A program made the position numbers and the translations under genes. The notes beneath the pieces were generated by a model. It had not been told where the DNA came from and made no database searches. It saw nothing but the letters and a program-made list of their open reading frames with translations. Shown here in pieces: positions 1 through 7,616 of a stretch of DNA of 64,000 bases; position 1 is the first letter of the stretch, and the number at the start of each line of letters is the position of its first letter. This stretch comes from Bacilli bacterium (GTDB lineage: Bacteria; Bacillota_I; Bacilli_A; RFN20; CAG-826), in the NCBI GenBank assembly GCA_017477255.1, contig JAFUXB010000002.1, forward strand, positions 93,996-157,995. Direction: 5' to 3'.

Positions 1-1157
1 GTTATGGATATAATTATCCTCCATTTGAAATCCCACAAAAAGTTTATGACAACTTAAAAGATACTTTCTTAAAACGTGGTGAACAAAAATATGAAAAGCA
101 TAATGAATATATTAATTCACTTGCCGAATCAAATCCTAAATTACACGATGAAATCTTATCTTTTGCAACAAATGATGTAAGTGCATTCTTAAATAAAGAA
201 CATTTACCAATGAATGAAAAAGCATTAAATTCAACAAGAAATACATCAAAAATCGTTCTTAATTATTATCATGAATTACTTCCAAACTTAGTTGGTGGAA
301 GTGCTGACGTTGCAGCTAGTGTTATGACAAAACTTGATAATGGCAGTAATTTTGAACCAAAAAATAGACTTGGAACAAACATTAACTGGGGAATTAGAGA
401 GTTCTTAATGTGTGCAGCATCAAATGGTATTTTATTACATGGTGGCTTAAGAACATATGCAGGAAGCTTCTTAGTTTTTAGCGATTATGCTAAATCTGCA
501 ATTAGAATGGCTGCTTTACAAGAATTACCAGCAATTTATTTATTCTCACATGACTCACTTGCAGTTGGTGAAGATGGACCAACTCATCAACCAATCGAAC
601 AACTTGCAGCTTTAAGATCAATTCCAAATCTTAATGTATTTAGACCATGTGATGCAAAAGAAACATATGCAGCTTATAGACTTGCTTTAGAGTCAACAAA
701 AACTCCATCAGCAATCATTTTATCTAGACAAAATTTACCATTATTAGAAAAATCATCTAATTATGAACTTGTTAAAAAAGGTGCCTACATCGTAGCAAAA
801 GAAAGAGGACTTAAACCAGATTTCACAATTATTGCTACAGGAAGTGAAGTAAGTTTAGCTCTTGATACTAGAGATTATTTATATTCATTAGGTTTTGATA
901 TTAGAGTTGTTTCAATGCCATGTGTTGAACTTTTTGAAAAACAACCACAAAGTTATCAAACTAGTGTTTTAGGCAATGATTATAACCATAGAGTTTCTCT
1001 TGAAATGGGAGTTACTTATGGTTGGAATAAATTTGCTAAATATTCAATTGGTGTCGATAGATTCGGCGCAAGTGGACCAGCAAGCGACGTCTTAAAAGCA
1101 TTTGGATTTACTAAAGACCAAGTTGCTAAAGCCATAATTGGCTGTATGAAAAAATAG
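1..1157 (+). CDS. tkt: transketolase, C-terminal part (5' end lies outside the window)
   Basis: The frame of ORF 210..1157 stays open back to nt 3. The translation carries transketolase signatures (GGSADV, HDSLAVGEDGPTHQPIEQLAALR, SRQNLP). Stop codon is TAG. Confidence 0.9.
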   Translation, partial: YGYNYPPFEIPQKVYDNLKDTFLKRGEQKYEKHNEYINSLAESNPKLHDEILSFATNDVSAFLNKEHLPMNEKALNSTRNTSKIVLNYYHELLPNLVGGSADVAASVMTKLDNGSNFEPKNRLGTNINWGIREFLMCAASNGILLHGGLRTYAGSFLVFSDYAKSAIRMAALQELPAIYLFSHDSLAVGEDGPTHQPIEQLAALRSIPNLNVFRPCDAKETYAAYRLALESTKTPSAIILSRQNLPLLEKSSNYELVKKGAYIVAKERGLKPDFTIIATGSEVSLALDTRDYLYSLGFDIRVVSMPCVELFEKQPQSYQTSVLGNDYNHRVSLEMGVTYGWNKFAKYSIGVDRFGASGPASDVLKAFGFTKDQVAKAIIGCMKK

Positions 1158-1165
1158 GAGTAAAT

Positions 1166-1495
1166 ATGGCTACAAATTATGTACAATTAAACAAATTTAA
1201 TAGCAATGGTGCTTTATGTTTATCAAGAAATGTTTTTATATCTCTCGGTTTACTTGCATTAGACAATGTTAAAGAAGTTATTAAAAGAACTGATAAGAAA
1301 GGAATCAAATTAAACGACGAAGTTAATGTCACAATTAAAGATGACGTCGTTAAATATTATTTTGATGTTGAAATTGATAAAGGAATCAGTGAAGCAAGAG
1401 TTAAAGAAAGTATTATTGATATCGTAACAACTAATTTAATTTTAGTTTTAGATAGTGTTCCTTTTGAGATTAAAACAAAAATTCGTAAAAAATAG
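1166..1495 (+). CDS. Asp23/Gls24-family (YqhY-like) protein
   Basis: A 109-aa ORF with a GGAG ribosome-binding site, directly upstream of nusB as yqhY is in Bacillus. The alternating hydrophobic/charged beta pattern is typical of Asp23. No diagnostic motif was verified. Confidence 0.5.
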   Translation: MATNYVQLNKFNSNGALCLSRNVFISLGLLALDNVKEVIKRTDKKGIKLNDEVNVTIKDDVVKYYFDVEIDKGISEARVKESIIDIVTTNLILVLDSVPFEIKTKIRKK

Positions 1496-1497
1496 TT

Positions 1498-1914
1498 ATG
1501 GAAAATATTACAAGAAATAAAGCTCATGAATTTGTAATGCAAACACTTTATTCATATCTAATATATGAAAAGTGCGAAAGAGAGTTCAATATCGTTGATG
1601 AAATCGAACTTATTTTTGGTTTAGATTATAACGAAATTGATGTTTATGTTAGAGAACTTATCTTAGCTTGTTTAAAACATGTTGATGAAGCTCGAGAAAG
1701 TATCTCTAAAAATTTACAAAACTGGGCATTTAATCGTTTAAATTATTGTGTTCAAGCTATTTTAATTATGGCTTACACAGAATATTTTTATGTAAAAGAT
1801 AGCGATAAAGCTATTGTTATTAATATTGCAATTAAACTTGCAAAAAAATATGCAGATAGCAACGATTATCGTTTTATTAATGGAGTTTTAGATAATACTT
1901 TAAATGGAAAGTAA
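1498..1914 (+). CDS. nusB: transcription antitermination factor NusB
   Basis: The 138-aa size, the N-terminal R..A.E...Q.LY pattern and the conserved position before xseA-xseB support the call. Confidence 0.75.
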   Translation: MENITRNKAHEFVMQTLYSYLIYEKCEREFNIVDEIELIFGLDYNEIDVYVRELILACLKHVDEARESISKNLQNWAFNRLNYCVQAILIMAYTEYFYVKDSDKAIVINIAIKLAKKYADSNDYRFINGVLDNTLNGK

Positions 1915-3112
1915 ATTATTTTCAGTTTCAGAACTTAATAATTTAATTAAAGATTTATTTTTAGAATTTCCATTATTTCAGAAAATTTCATTAAAAGGTG
2001 AAATTACTAATTATAAAGGCGCGAATAGATCGGGCCATTTTTATTTTTCATTAAAAGATGAAAATTCTATTATTGGATGTGTTTTATTTAAATATGACTC
2101 ATTTAATGTAGATATTGAGCTTAAAAACGGCATGGAAGTAATTGTTGAAGGACAATTATCTGTTTATGCACCTAGTGGATCATATCACATTATTGTAAAA
2201 GAAATTAAACAAGAAAATGAAATTGGCAGTTTGCTCTTAAAAAGAGAAAAACTTAAAGAAAAATTAATTAAAGCCGGTTATTTTGAAGAATCACATAAAC
2301 TTAAATTGCCAGAAATTCCTAATAAAATAGCGATTATTACGGGTAAAAATAGCGCAGCGAGTGTAGATTTCAAACATAACTTAGAAAGAAGATGGCCAAT
2401 AATTGAAATTGAGTTTTATAATTGTTTAGTTCAAGGCGAAAAAGCTCCTGCTGATATTGTTGATAATATTAAATTAGCCGAAAATAGCGATTGCGATGTA
2501 ATTATATTAGGAAGAGGCGGTGGAGCAAGCGATGATTTAAATGCATTTGATGATGAAAATGTAGTTAAAGCTATTTATGATTGTAAAAAACCTATTATTG
2601 CAGCAATTGGACATGAGATTAACAAAACTTTTTCCGATTTTGTCGCAGATTTCTATGCATCTACACCAACAGCGGCTGCTGAATTAGCAGTTCCTGAGAA
2701 AAATGAGTTTATTAGAAACCTCGAAGCAGTTAAAGATAACTTAAATAATAAAGTTGAATTAGAAATCACTAAAAAGTTGCGTCATTTAAGTAATGTTAAG
2801 GCAAATCCAATTTTTACTAATATAAATACTTTGTTTGAAATTAAACTCAATAAACTCAAAGAAAGTAGGAATAATCTCGATGTAATGCTTCAAAAAAGAA
2901 TAGAAAAGTATTCATCGAAATTAGAATCTTATCAATTAATGATTGAAAATTTCAATCCGTTGAAGTTACTAGAAAAAGGATATTCAATTATTAAGGATGA
3001 AAACGGAAATATTATTAATGATGCTAAAGCAATTAATAAAAATGATTTATTAACTTTAACCTTATCAAAAGGAACAGTTAAAGCAAGAGTGGAGGATAAA
3101 AAGGATGAATAA
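1904..3112 (+). CDS. xseA: exodeoxyribonuclease VII large subunit
   Basis: A 402-aa ORF with an N-terminal OB-fold region (GEITNYK...SGHFYFSLKD), a GRGGGS motif and a coiled-coil tail. It is followed by xseB. Confidence 0.9.
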   Translation: MESKLFSVSELNNLIKDLFLEFPLFQKISLKGEITNYKGANRSGHFYFSLKDENSIIGCVLFKYDSFNVDIELKNGMEVIVEGQLSVYAPSGSYHIIVKEIKQENEIGSLLLKREKLKEKLIKAGYFEESHKLKLPEIPNKIAIITGKNSAASVDFKHNLERRWPIIEIEFYNCLVQGEKAPADIVDNIKLAENSDCDVIILGRGGGASDDLNAFDDENVVKAIYDCKKPIIAAIGHEINKTFSDFVADFYASTPTAAAELAVPEKNEFIRNLEAVKDNLNNKVELEITKKLRHLSNVKANPIFTNINTLFEIKLNKLKESRNNLDVMLQKRIEKYSSKLESYQLMIENFNPLKLLEKGYSIIKDENGNIINDAKAINKNDLLTLTLSKGTVKARVEDKKDE

Positions 3113-3281
3113 TATGTCAATTGAACAAATGATGAAACGTATTGATGAGATTACTTTAAAGGTAAGTGATCCTAATATTTCACTTGAAGAAAGCATTAAA
3201 TTAGTCAAAGAAGCTAAAGAACTTATTGCAGAATGTGAAAAACGTTTAAATGAGTATAAGGAAGAAATAAAAGTAGATTAG
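3105..3281 (+). CDS. xseB: exodeoxyribonuclease VII small subunit (58 aa, below the ORF-track cutoff)
   Basis: The ATG at 3105 lies 8 nt after GGAGGA and overlaps the end of xseA. The translation is MNNMSIEQMMKRIDEITLKVSDPNISLEESIKLVKEAKELIAECEKRLNEYKEEIKVD. The TAG stop is at 3279-3281. Confidence 0.8.
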   Translation: MNNMSIEQMMKRIDEITLKVSDPNISLEESIKLVKEAKELIAECEKRLNEYKEEIKVD

Positions 3282-3317
3282 TAGTTTTCTAGTATATTAT
3301 TAGTAGTTAATAAGTAT
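3279..3317 (+). repeat. phased TAGTA-hexamer array A (4 units, 11-bp period)
   Basis: TAGTAG starts at 3279, TAGTAT at 3290, TAGTAG at 3301 and AAGTAT at 3312. The first unit contains the xseB stop codon. The last unit overlaps the dinB ATG. Confidence 0.85.
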
Positions 3318-4506
3318 GAGTAAAATTATTTTACATTTAGATCTTGATGCATTTTTCTGCAGAGCGGAGGAAATTAAAAACCCTTCATTAGAGGGTAAAC
3401 CTTTTATTGTTGGTGGTGATGGAAGAAAAGGTATTGTTTCAACATGCTCCTATAAAGCAAGAGAATATGGAATCCATAGTGGAATGCCTACATTCCAAGC
3501 AAAAATGCTTTGTAAAAACATTTTAATTTTACCTGGAGATTATCATTATTATAGCTTGCTATCAAAAGAATTTATTAATTACCTTAAAAGGTATTCAAAA
3601 AAGATTCAACAAATGAGTATTGATGAATGTTTTTTGGATTTAACCGAATATTATGAGAAAAGTGGTAAAAAAATAACTGAAATCTTAAAAAAGATACAAA
3701 ACGAGCTATTTGAGAAGTATAAATTAAAAGTTTCAATTGGTGTTGGAACTACGAAATTTATTGCAAAAATGGCAAGTGATTATAAAAAACCAATGGGAAT
3801 TACGATTATTAGAAATAGAGATATTCCTAAAATGTTATTTCCTTTACCAGTTAAATCCTTTTTTGGAATAGGTAAAAAGACTGTTCCTAAGTTAAATCAA
3901 CTTGGAATTTATACAATTGGAGACTTATATAATCATTGTTTAAACGATTTAAACGAAGTAAATGATGTTGTTGGTAAGTTTAGTGCAGACATCATAAATG
4001 AACTTGAAGGTAAGTCAAGTGACGAAGTAAGTACCGAATTTATCGAACCAAAATCAATTGGAATGTCTAGAACTCTTGATTATGACACAAATAATCGAGA
4101 AGTTATTTTAGAAATGCTAGAATTTCAAATTGATAATGTTGTTGATTCAATGATTGAGCAACAAATGCTTACAAAAACTATTTATTTAGTTTATAAAGAT
4201 GCAGCTTGTGATAATGATTTTAAAGAAAAATCTTTTTCACATTCTTTAAATAATTACACAGATAATAAAGAATTAATTAGAAAAGAAACGATTTCTTTAT
4301 TTAATAAAACTTATGATGGTAAAGTTATTAGATTAATTGGCTTTACACTTAAAAATTTAAAAGAAAAAGAAAATACTGTAGTTCAAATGACTTTTGAAGA
4401 TTTCGCTAAACATGAAGAAAATTCAAAATCATTTATTATTATGAATGAACTTAACAGGGTATATAATAAACCTATATTTAAAAAATTGAGTGACTTAGAG
4501 AAATAA
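3316..4506 (+). CDS. dinB: DNA polymerase IV (Y-family)
   Basis: The N-terminus ILHLDLDAFFCRAEE, the SIDECFLD motif and the roughly 396-aa size support the call. No Shine-Dalgarno precedes the ATG. Confidence 0.9.
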   Translation: MSKIILHLDLDAFFCRAEEIKNPSLEGKPFIVGGDGRKGIVSTCSYKAREYGIHSGMPTFQAKMLCKNILILPGDYHYYSLLSKEFINYLKRYSKKIQQMSIDECFLDLTEYYEKSGKKITEILKKIQNELFEKYKLKVSIGVGTTKFIAKMASDYKKPMGITIIRNRDIPKMLFPLPVKSFFGIGKKTVPKLNQLGIYTIGDLYNHCLNDLNEVNDVVGKFSADIINELEGKSSDEVSTEFIEPKSIGMSRTLDYDTNNREVILEMLEFQIDNVVDSMIEQQMLTKTIYLVYKDAACDNDFKEKSFSHSLNNYTDNKELIRKETISLFNKTYDGKVIRLIGFTLKNLKEKENTVVQMTFEDFAKHEENSKSFIIMNELNRVYNKPIFKKLSDLEK

Positions 4507-4507
4507 T

Positions 4508-5401
4508 ATGAATATACATGATGCAATCGACAATTTTATTCAATATAAATTAGTTGAAGAAGGACTAAATAAAGATTCAACGATTATTTCATATAAAGAA
4601 GATCTTGAAATATTTTTACGTTATTTTCCTGATATTAAAGATACAAATCAGTTAACTGCCGATGATGTATCTAATTTTACTTACGAGCAATCTTTAAATG
4701 ATTTATCAGCATCAACAATATCTAGAAGAATTTCGACATTAACTAATTTCTTTAAATTTTTAGAAAGTGAAGGAATTGAAAGTGATATTGTTCACGAAGT
4801 GGTTGTTCCTAAAAAAGAAAAACATATTCCAACTTTTTTAACTTTTGAAGAAATTAAATTATTATTAAATGCTCCAAATGAAGAAAAGCGGTCAGAATTT
4901 CGCGATAAAGTCATGCTTTTAATGATGTATAGTTGTGGTCTTAGAGTTAGTGAACTTATTTCTTTAAGAAAAAATCAAATTAATTTCGAAGAAAAAATCG
5001 TTACTTTAAAAGGTAAAGGAAATAAAGAAAGATCAGTTCCAATTAATGATGTTGCTATTCAATATTTATATAAATATTTTGACCTTTTAAAGGAAAAGAA
5101 GGCATTGAATCGATATAAATACTTATTTTATAGTAAGAAAAATCCTGAAAATGAACATGTTACTCGTCAATTTTTCTTCGAGCAAATTAAAAAATATGCT
5201 TATAAAGCAGGAATTGAAAAAGAAATTTCACCACACTCATTAAGACATAGTTTTGCAACACATTTACTTGAAAATGGAGCAGATTTAAGAGCAGTGCAAG
5301 AATTATTAGGTCATACTAATATTGAAACAACACAAATTTATACTCATTTATCATCACTTAAAGTTATTGAAACAATTGATTTGTATTCAAAGAAAAAATA
5401 A
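4508..5401 (+). CDS. xerD: site-specific tyrosine recombinase XerD type
   Basis: The C-terminal catalytic region is HSLRHSFATHLLENGADLRAVQELLGHTNIETTQIYTH. The gene is adjacent to deoB, as ripX/xerD is in B. subtilis. The XerC versus XerD assignment rests on context only. Confidence 0.75.
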   Translation: MNIHDAIDNFIQYKLVEEGLNKDSTIISYKEDLEIFLRYFPDIKDTNQLTADDVSNFTYEQSLNDLSASTISRRISTLTNFFKFLESEGIESDIVHEVVVPKKEKHIPTFLTFEEIKLLLNAPNEEKRSEFRDKVMLLMMYSCGLRVSELISLRKNQINFEEKIVTLKGKGNKERSVPINDVAIQYLYKYFDLLKEKKALNRYKYLFYSKKNPENEHVTRQFFFEQIKKYAYKAGIEKEISPHSLRHSFATHLLENGADLRAVQELLGHTNIETTQIYTHLSSLKVIETIDLYSKKK

Positions 5402-5443
5402 TTTAAAATAATGAGCTTTATATAATAAGGAAAGGAGAATATC

Positions 5444-6643
5444 ATGAAAAAATTTAAAAGAATCTTCTTAATTGTCATGGACAGTGCTGGAATTGGAAAA
5501 GCTAAAGATGCAGCCAAATTTAATGATGAAGGCAGTAATACATGGAAACATATTAGTGAACATATGGAAGGTGGCTTACATATTCCTACATTAAATTCAC
5601 TTGGAATGTATGATTTAGACGAAATTGTTGGAACTACAAAGGTAAATCACCCAAATTCATTTACAATCAGGGTTGAAGAAGCTAGTAATGGAAAAGACAC
5701 AATGACTGGACACTGGGAAATGATGGGAATTTTAACAACAAAACCTTTCCAAACATTCACAGATACAGGATTTCCTAAAGAATTAGTCGAAGAATTAGAA
5801 AAACGTACAGGACATAAAACAATTGGTAATTATGCAGCTAGTGGAACCGAAATTTTAAAAGTTTTAGGTGAGGAGTGCATGAATGAAAATAAGCTAATTT
5901 TATATACAAGTAGCGATTCAGTCTTACAATTAGCCGGTCACGAAGAAAAAATGGGCTTAGATGAATTATATAGATGCTGCTCAATTGCTCGTGAATTATG
6001 TATGAAACCTGAATGGTTTGTTGGAAGAATTATTGCTCGTCCATTTGTTGGAACTAGTAAAGAAAACTTCAAAAGAACATCAAATAGACACGATTACACG
6101 ATTTCTCCAAGTGGAATCACTGCAATGGATATATTAAAGGAAAATGGCTATACAGTAAGCTGTGTAGGCAAAATAAACGATATATTTAATGGAGTAGGTG
6201 TTACTGAAACTGTAAAAACTGTATCAAATAGCGATGGAATGGTAAAAACTTCAGAAATTGCTAAATCTGAATCATTTAAAGAAGGTTTCTGCTTTGTTAA
6301 TTTAGTTGAATTTGATAGTGAATATGGCCATAGACGCAATGTATTAGGCTATGGTAAAGCAATTGAAACATTTGATAAAGAATTAGCCGATTTATTAAAA
6401 ATCTTACGTGATGACGATTTATTAATGATTACAGCCGATCATGGAAATGATCCTACATGGTTTGGGACAGATCACACACGTGAAAATGTACCTTTAGTTG
6501 TTTATAGTAAATCAATTAAAAACGGTAAGTATTTAGGTGTTAGAGAAACATTTGCTGATATGGGTGCAACAATACTTGAAAATTTCGATCTTAAGAAAGA
6601 TAAAACAATGATTGGTAGCCCAATTAAAGAAATTTTAGAATAA
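5444..6643 (+). CDS. deoB: phosphopentomutase
   Basis: A 399-aa ORF with an AGGAGA ribosome-binding site. Motifs are IVMDSAGIG, DTMTGHWE and ITADHGNDPT. Confidence 0.9.
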   Translation: MKKFKRIFLIVMDSAGIGKAKDAAKFNDEGSNTWKHISEHMEGGLHIPTLNSLGMYDLDEIVGTTKVNHPNSFTIRVEEASNGKDTMTGHWEMMGILTTKPFQTFTDTGFPKELVEELEKRTGHKTIGNYAASGTEILKVLGEECMNENKLILYTSSDSVLQLAGHEEKMGLDELYRCCSIARELCMKPEWFVGRIIARPFVGTSKENFKRTSNRHDYTISPSGITAMDILKENGYTVSCVGKINDIFNGVGVTETVKTVSNSDGMVKTSEIAKSESFKEGFCFVNLVEFDSEYGHRRNVLGYGKAIETFDKELADLLKILRDDDLLMITADHGNDPTWFGTDHTRENVPLVVYSKSIKNGKYLGVRETFADMGATILENFDLKKDKTMIGSPIKEILE

Positions 6644-6668
6644 TTTTTCAAAAAAATTTTGTAGAAGA

Positions 6669-6695
6669 AGTGTCGATTAAATCGACACTTTTTTA
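6669..6695 (+). terminator. rho-independent terminator of deoB
   Basis: The stem AGTGTCGAT pairs with ATCGACACT around a TAA loop, followed by T6. Confidence 0.8.
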
Positions 6696-6720
6696 TTTTC
6701 TTAAAAATTTAGCAAAAATT

Positions 6721-6775
6721 TTACCCCCTTTTTTGTTTTAAAACCTCCTACTTGATATATGTAGGGACAATTTTT
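6721..6775 (+). repeat. degenerate copy (a) of the C5...G5 hairpin element
   Basis: TTACCCCCTTTTTTG...CCTACTTGATATATGTAGGGACAATTTTT aligns by eye, roughly three-quarters identical, with the - strand copies at 29879-29928 and 54716-54763. The G-run has decayed and no ATG follows. Confidence 0.6.
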
Positions 6776-6802
6776 GGAAGTTTCTACATTTTTCTTAACA
6801 TA

Positions 6803-6899
6803 GTTGCGATTTAGGTGAAAGACCAAGCCTTTTATTTCAATAAATTCACTTAAAAACTTAACACCTCAATTCAATCATCTCTAAAGCCTAAATCGCAAC
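6803..6899. repeat. 13-bp perfect inverted repeat with a 71-nt spacer
   Basis: GTTGCGATTTAGG (6803-6815) pairs with CCTAAATCGCAAC (6887-6899). The repeat lies directly upstream of the orphan ORF 6914. Confidence 0.8.
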
Positions 6900-6913
6900 C
6901 CTCCCATAAATCA

Positions 6914-7417
6914 ATGAAAAAAGAGATTATTTACAAAGTAGAGTACGATTTAAACAACAAAATTCAGAGTCAAATCGAATGGGCTGATAATTTTTTACGT
7001 AATTTTCAAATTGGAGATATTGAGCTAAAAGTTGGTCAAATTGTTTTATACAAAGAATTTTCGAAATATTTGAATATATTTTTGGGATTAAGATATGGAA
7101 TTGTTTTAGACAAAGAAATTGGCGATCAAAACAATGTGATTATTTGCCCATTAGAAATTGAGACCGTTGATAGAATTTATCCAAACGGAGTTGATATTGG
7201 AAGAATTTATGAGATAGCAAACGATAATACATGCTTGGCAATGGTCTCAAATATTAAAAAGATTTCATACATGGACATCACAAATGATGGCGAAATTTTA
7301 AATAAAAAAATCTATCTTCCTGATGAATCAGTGAAGATAATTGTCGACATTTATCGTAAATTTATGCTTAAAATCTGTGGAAAATATATCAACACTAAAA
7401 AAATTAACTATTCGTAA
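6914..7417 (+). CDS. hypothetical protein (orphan) with a possible PemK/MazF-like SH3-barrel pattern
   Basis: A 167-aa ORF with no Shine-Dalgarno, lying between the deoB terminator and the dif site. The pattern VGQIVLY...LRYGIVL...NVIICPL...TCLAMVSNIKKISYMDI resembles the MazF/PemK core. This was not verified. Confidence 0.55.
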   Translation: MKKEIIYKVEYDLNNKIQSQIEWADNFLRNFQIGDIELKVGQIVLYKEFSKYLNIFLGLRYGIVLDKEIGDQNNVIICPLEIETVDRIYPNGVDIGRIYEIANDNTCLAMVSNIKKISYMDITNDGEILNKKIYLPDESVKIIVDIYRKFMLKICGKYINTKKINYS

Positions 7418-7428
7418 AAAGTGCGTTT

Positions 7429-7445
7429 TAGTAGATTTTTAGTAG
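7429..7445 (+). repeat. phased TAGTAG array F (2 units)
   Basis: TAGTAG starts at 7429 and 7440, reading TAGTAGATTTTTAGTAGAT. Confidence 0.7.
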
Positions 7446-7546
7446 ATTTGAGTGTGGAAAACACTAAAGGAGTTTATGTGACTATTTTTATGTTTTTATT
7501 TTTTGAAGGTAAAAAATATCGATTAAATCGGTTTTCTAATGGTTTT

Positions 7547-7574
7547 ACTTAACATAATAAATATTATACGAAGT
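7547..7574. other. dif: candidate dif site (XerC/XerD chromosome dimer resolution site)
   Basis: The site reads ACTTAACATAA-TAAATA-TTATACGAAGT. Its reverse complement ACTTCGTATAA-TATTTA-TTATGTTAAGT matches B. subtilis dif (ACTTCCTAGAA-TATATA-TTATGTAAACT) at about 23/28 positions. It matches the E. coli XerD arm TTATGTTAAAT at 10/11. It lies at the + to - gene-orientation switch, 2 kb from xerD. Confidence 0.75.
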
Positions 7575-7581
7575 AGATATA

Positions 7582-7615
7582 TAAAAAAATAATTATCCAC
7601 AATTAATGGATAATT
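7582..7615 (-). terminator. terminator hairpin downstream of nadD-yqeK
   Basis: On the - strand AATTATCCA pairs with TGGATAATT around a 7-nt loop, followed by a T-rich run. The stem is AT-rich. Confidence 0.55.
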
Positions 7616-7616
7616 A

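Noticed and set aside
1357-1542. Short antisense or overlapping ORFs in the track: 1357-1542, 2932-3120, 6148-6339, 10738-10920, 12066-12266, 12747-13076, 13298-13516, 16232-16423, 18469-18660, 22140-22325, 22545-22730, 22867-23052, 23965-24159, 25469-25651, 31254-31472, 35357-35656, 36305-36526, 39278-39463, 45551-45751, 48403-48630, 49909-50118, 51744-51953, 53308-53601, 53953-54189, 56009-56428, 58168-58437, 61802-62044 and 63079-63261.
   Set aside because: All lie inside, antisense to or out of frame with well-supported conserved genes. Their composition is low-complexity and rich in Ser, Leu, Phe and Ile, as expected from the reverse strand of AT-rich coding DNA. None has a ribosome-binding site or promoter.
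3282-3315. A LexA/SOS box upstream of dinB.
   Set aside because: No CGAAC-N4-GTTCG-like sequence is present. The spacer is fully occupied by the TAGTA array.
6716-6913. A type III toxin-antitoxin arrangement (an RNA antitoxin repeat array upstream of a MazF/ToxN-like toxin).
   Set aside because: No tandem direct repeats are present upstream of ORF 6914. There is only an inverted repeat and a decayed hairpin element, and the toxin-fold assignment is itself unverified.
7478-7552. A small GTG-initiated ORF (24 codons) behind AAAGGAG in the gap between the orphan ORF and dif.
   Set aside because: It is very short and low-complexity, it runs into the dif site, and the ATG two nt upstream is followed immediately by TGA. 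Nothing supports it beyond the Shine-Dalgarno-like word.
7593-7601. A perfect DnaA-box 9-mer, TTATCCACA, with an inverted partial copy at 7607-7613.
   Set aside because: It is a single box that forms the stem of the nadD-yqeK terminator hairpin. It lies at a convergent strand switch next to a dif-like site, so this is the terminus rather than oriC. No dnaA or dnaN gene and no box cluster is nearby.
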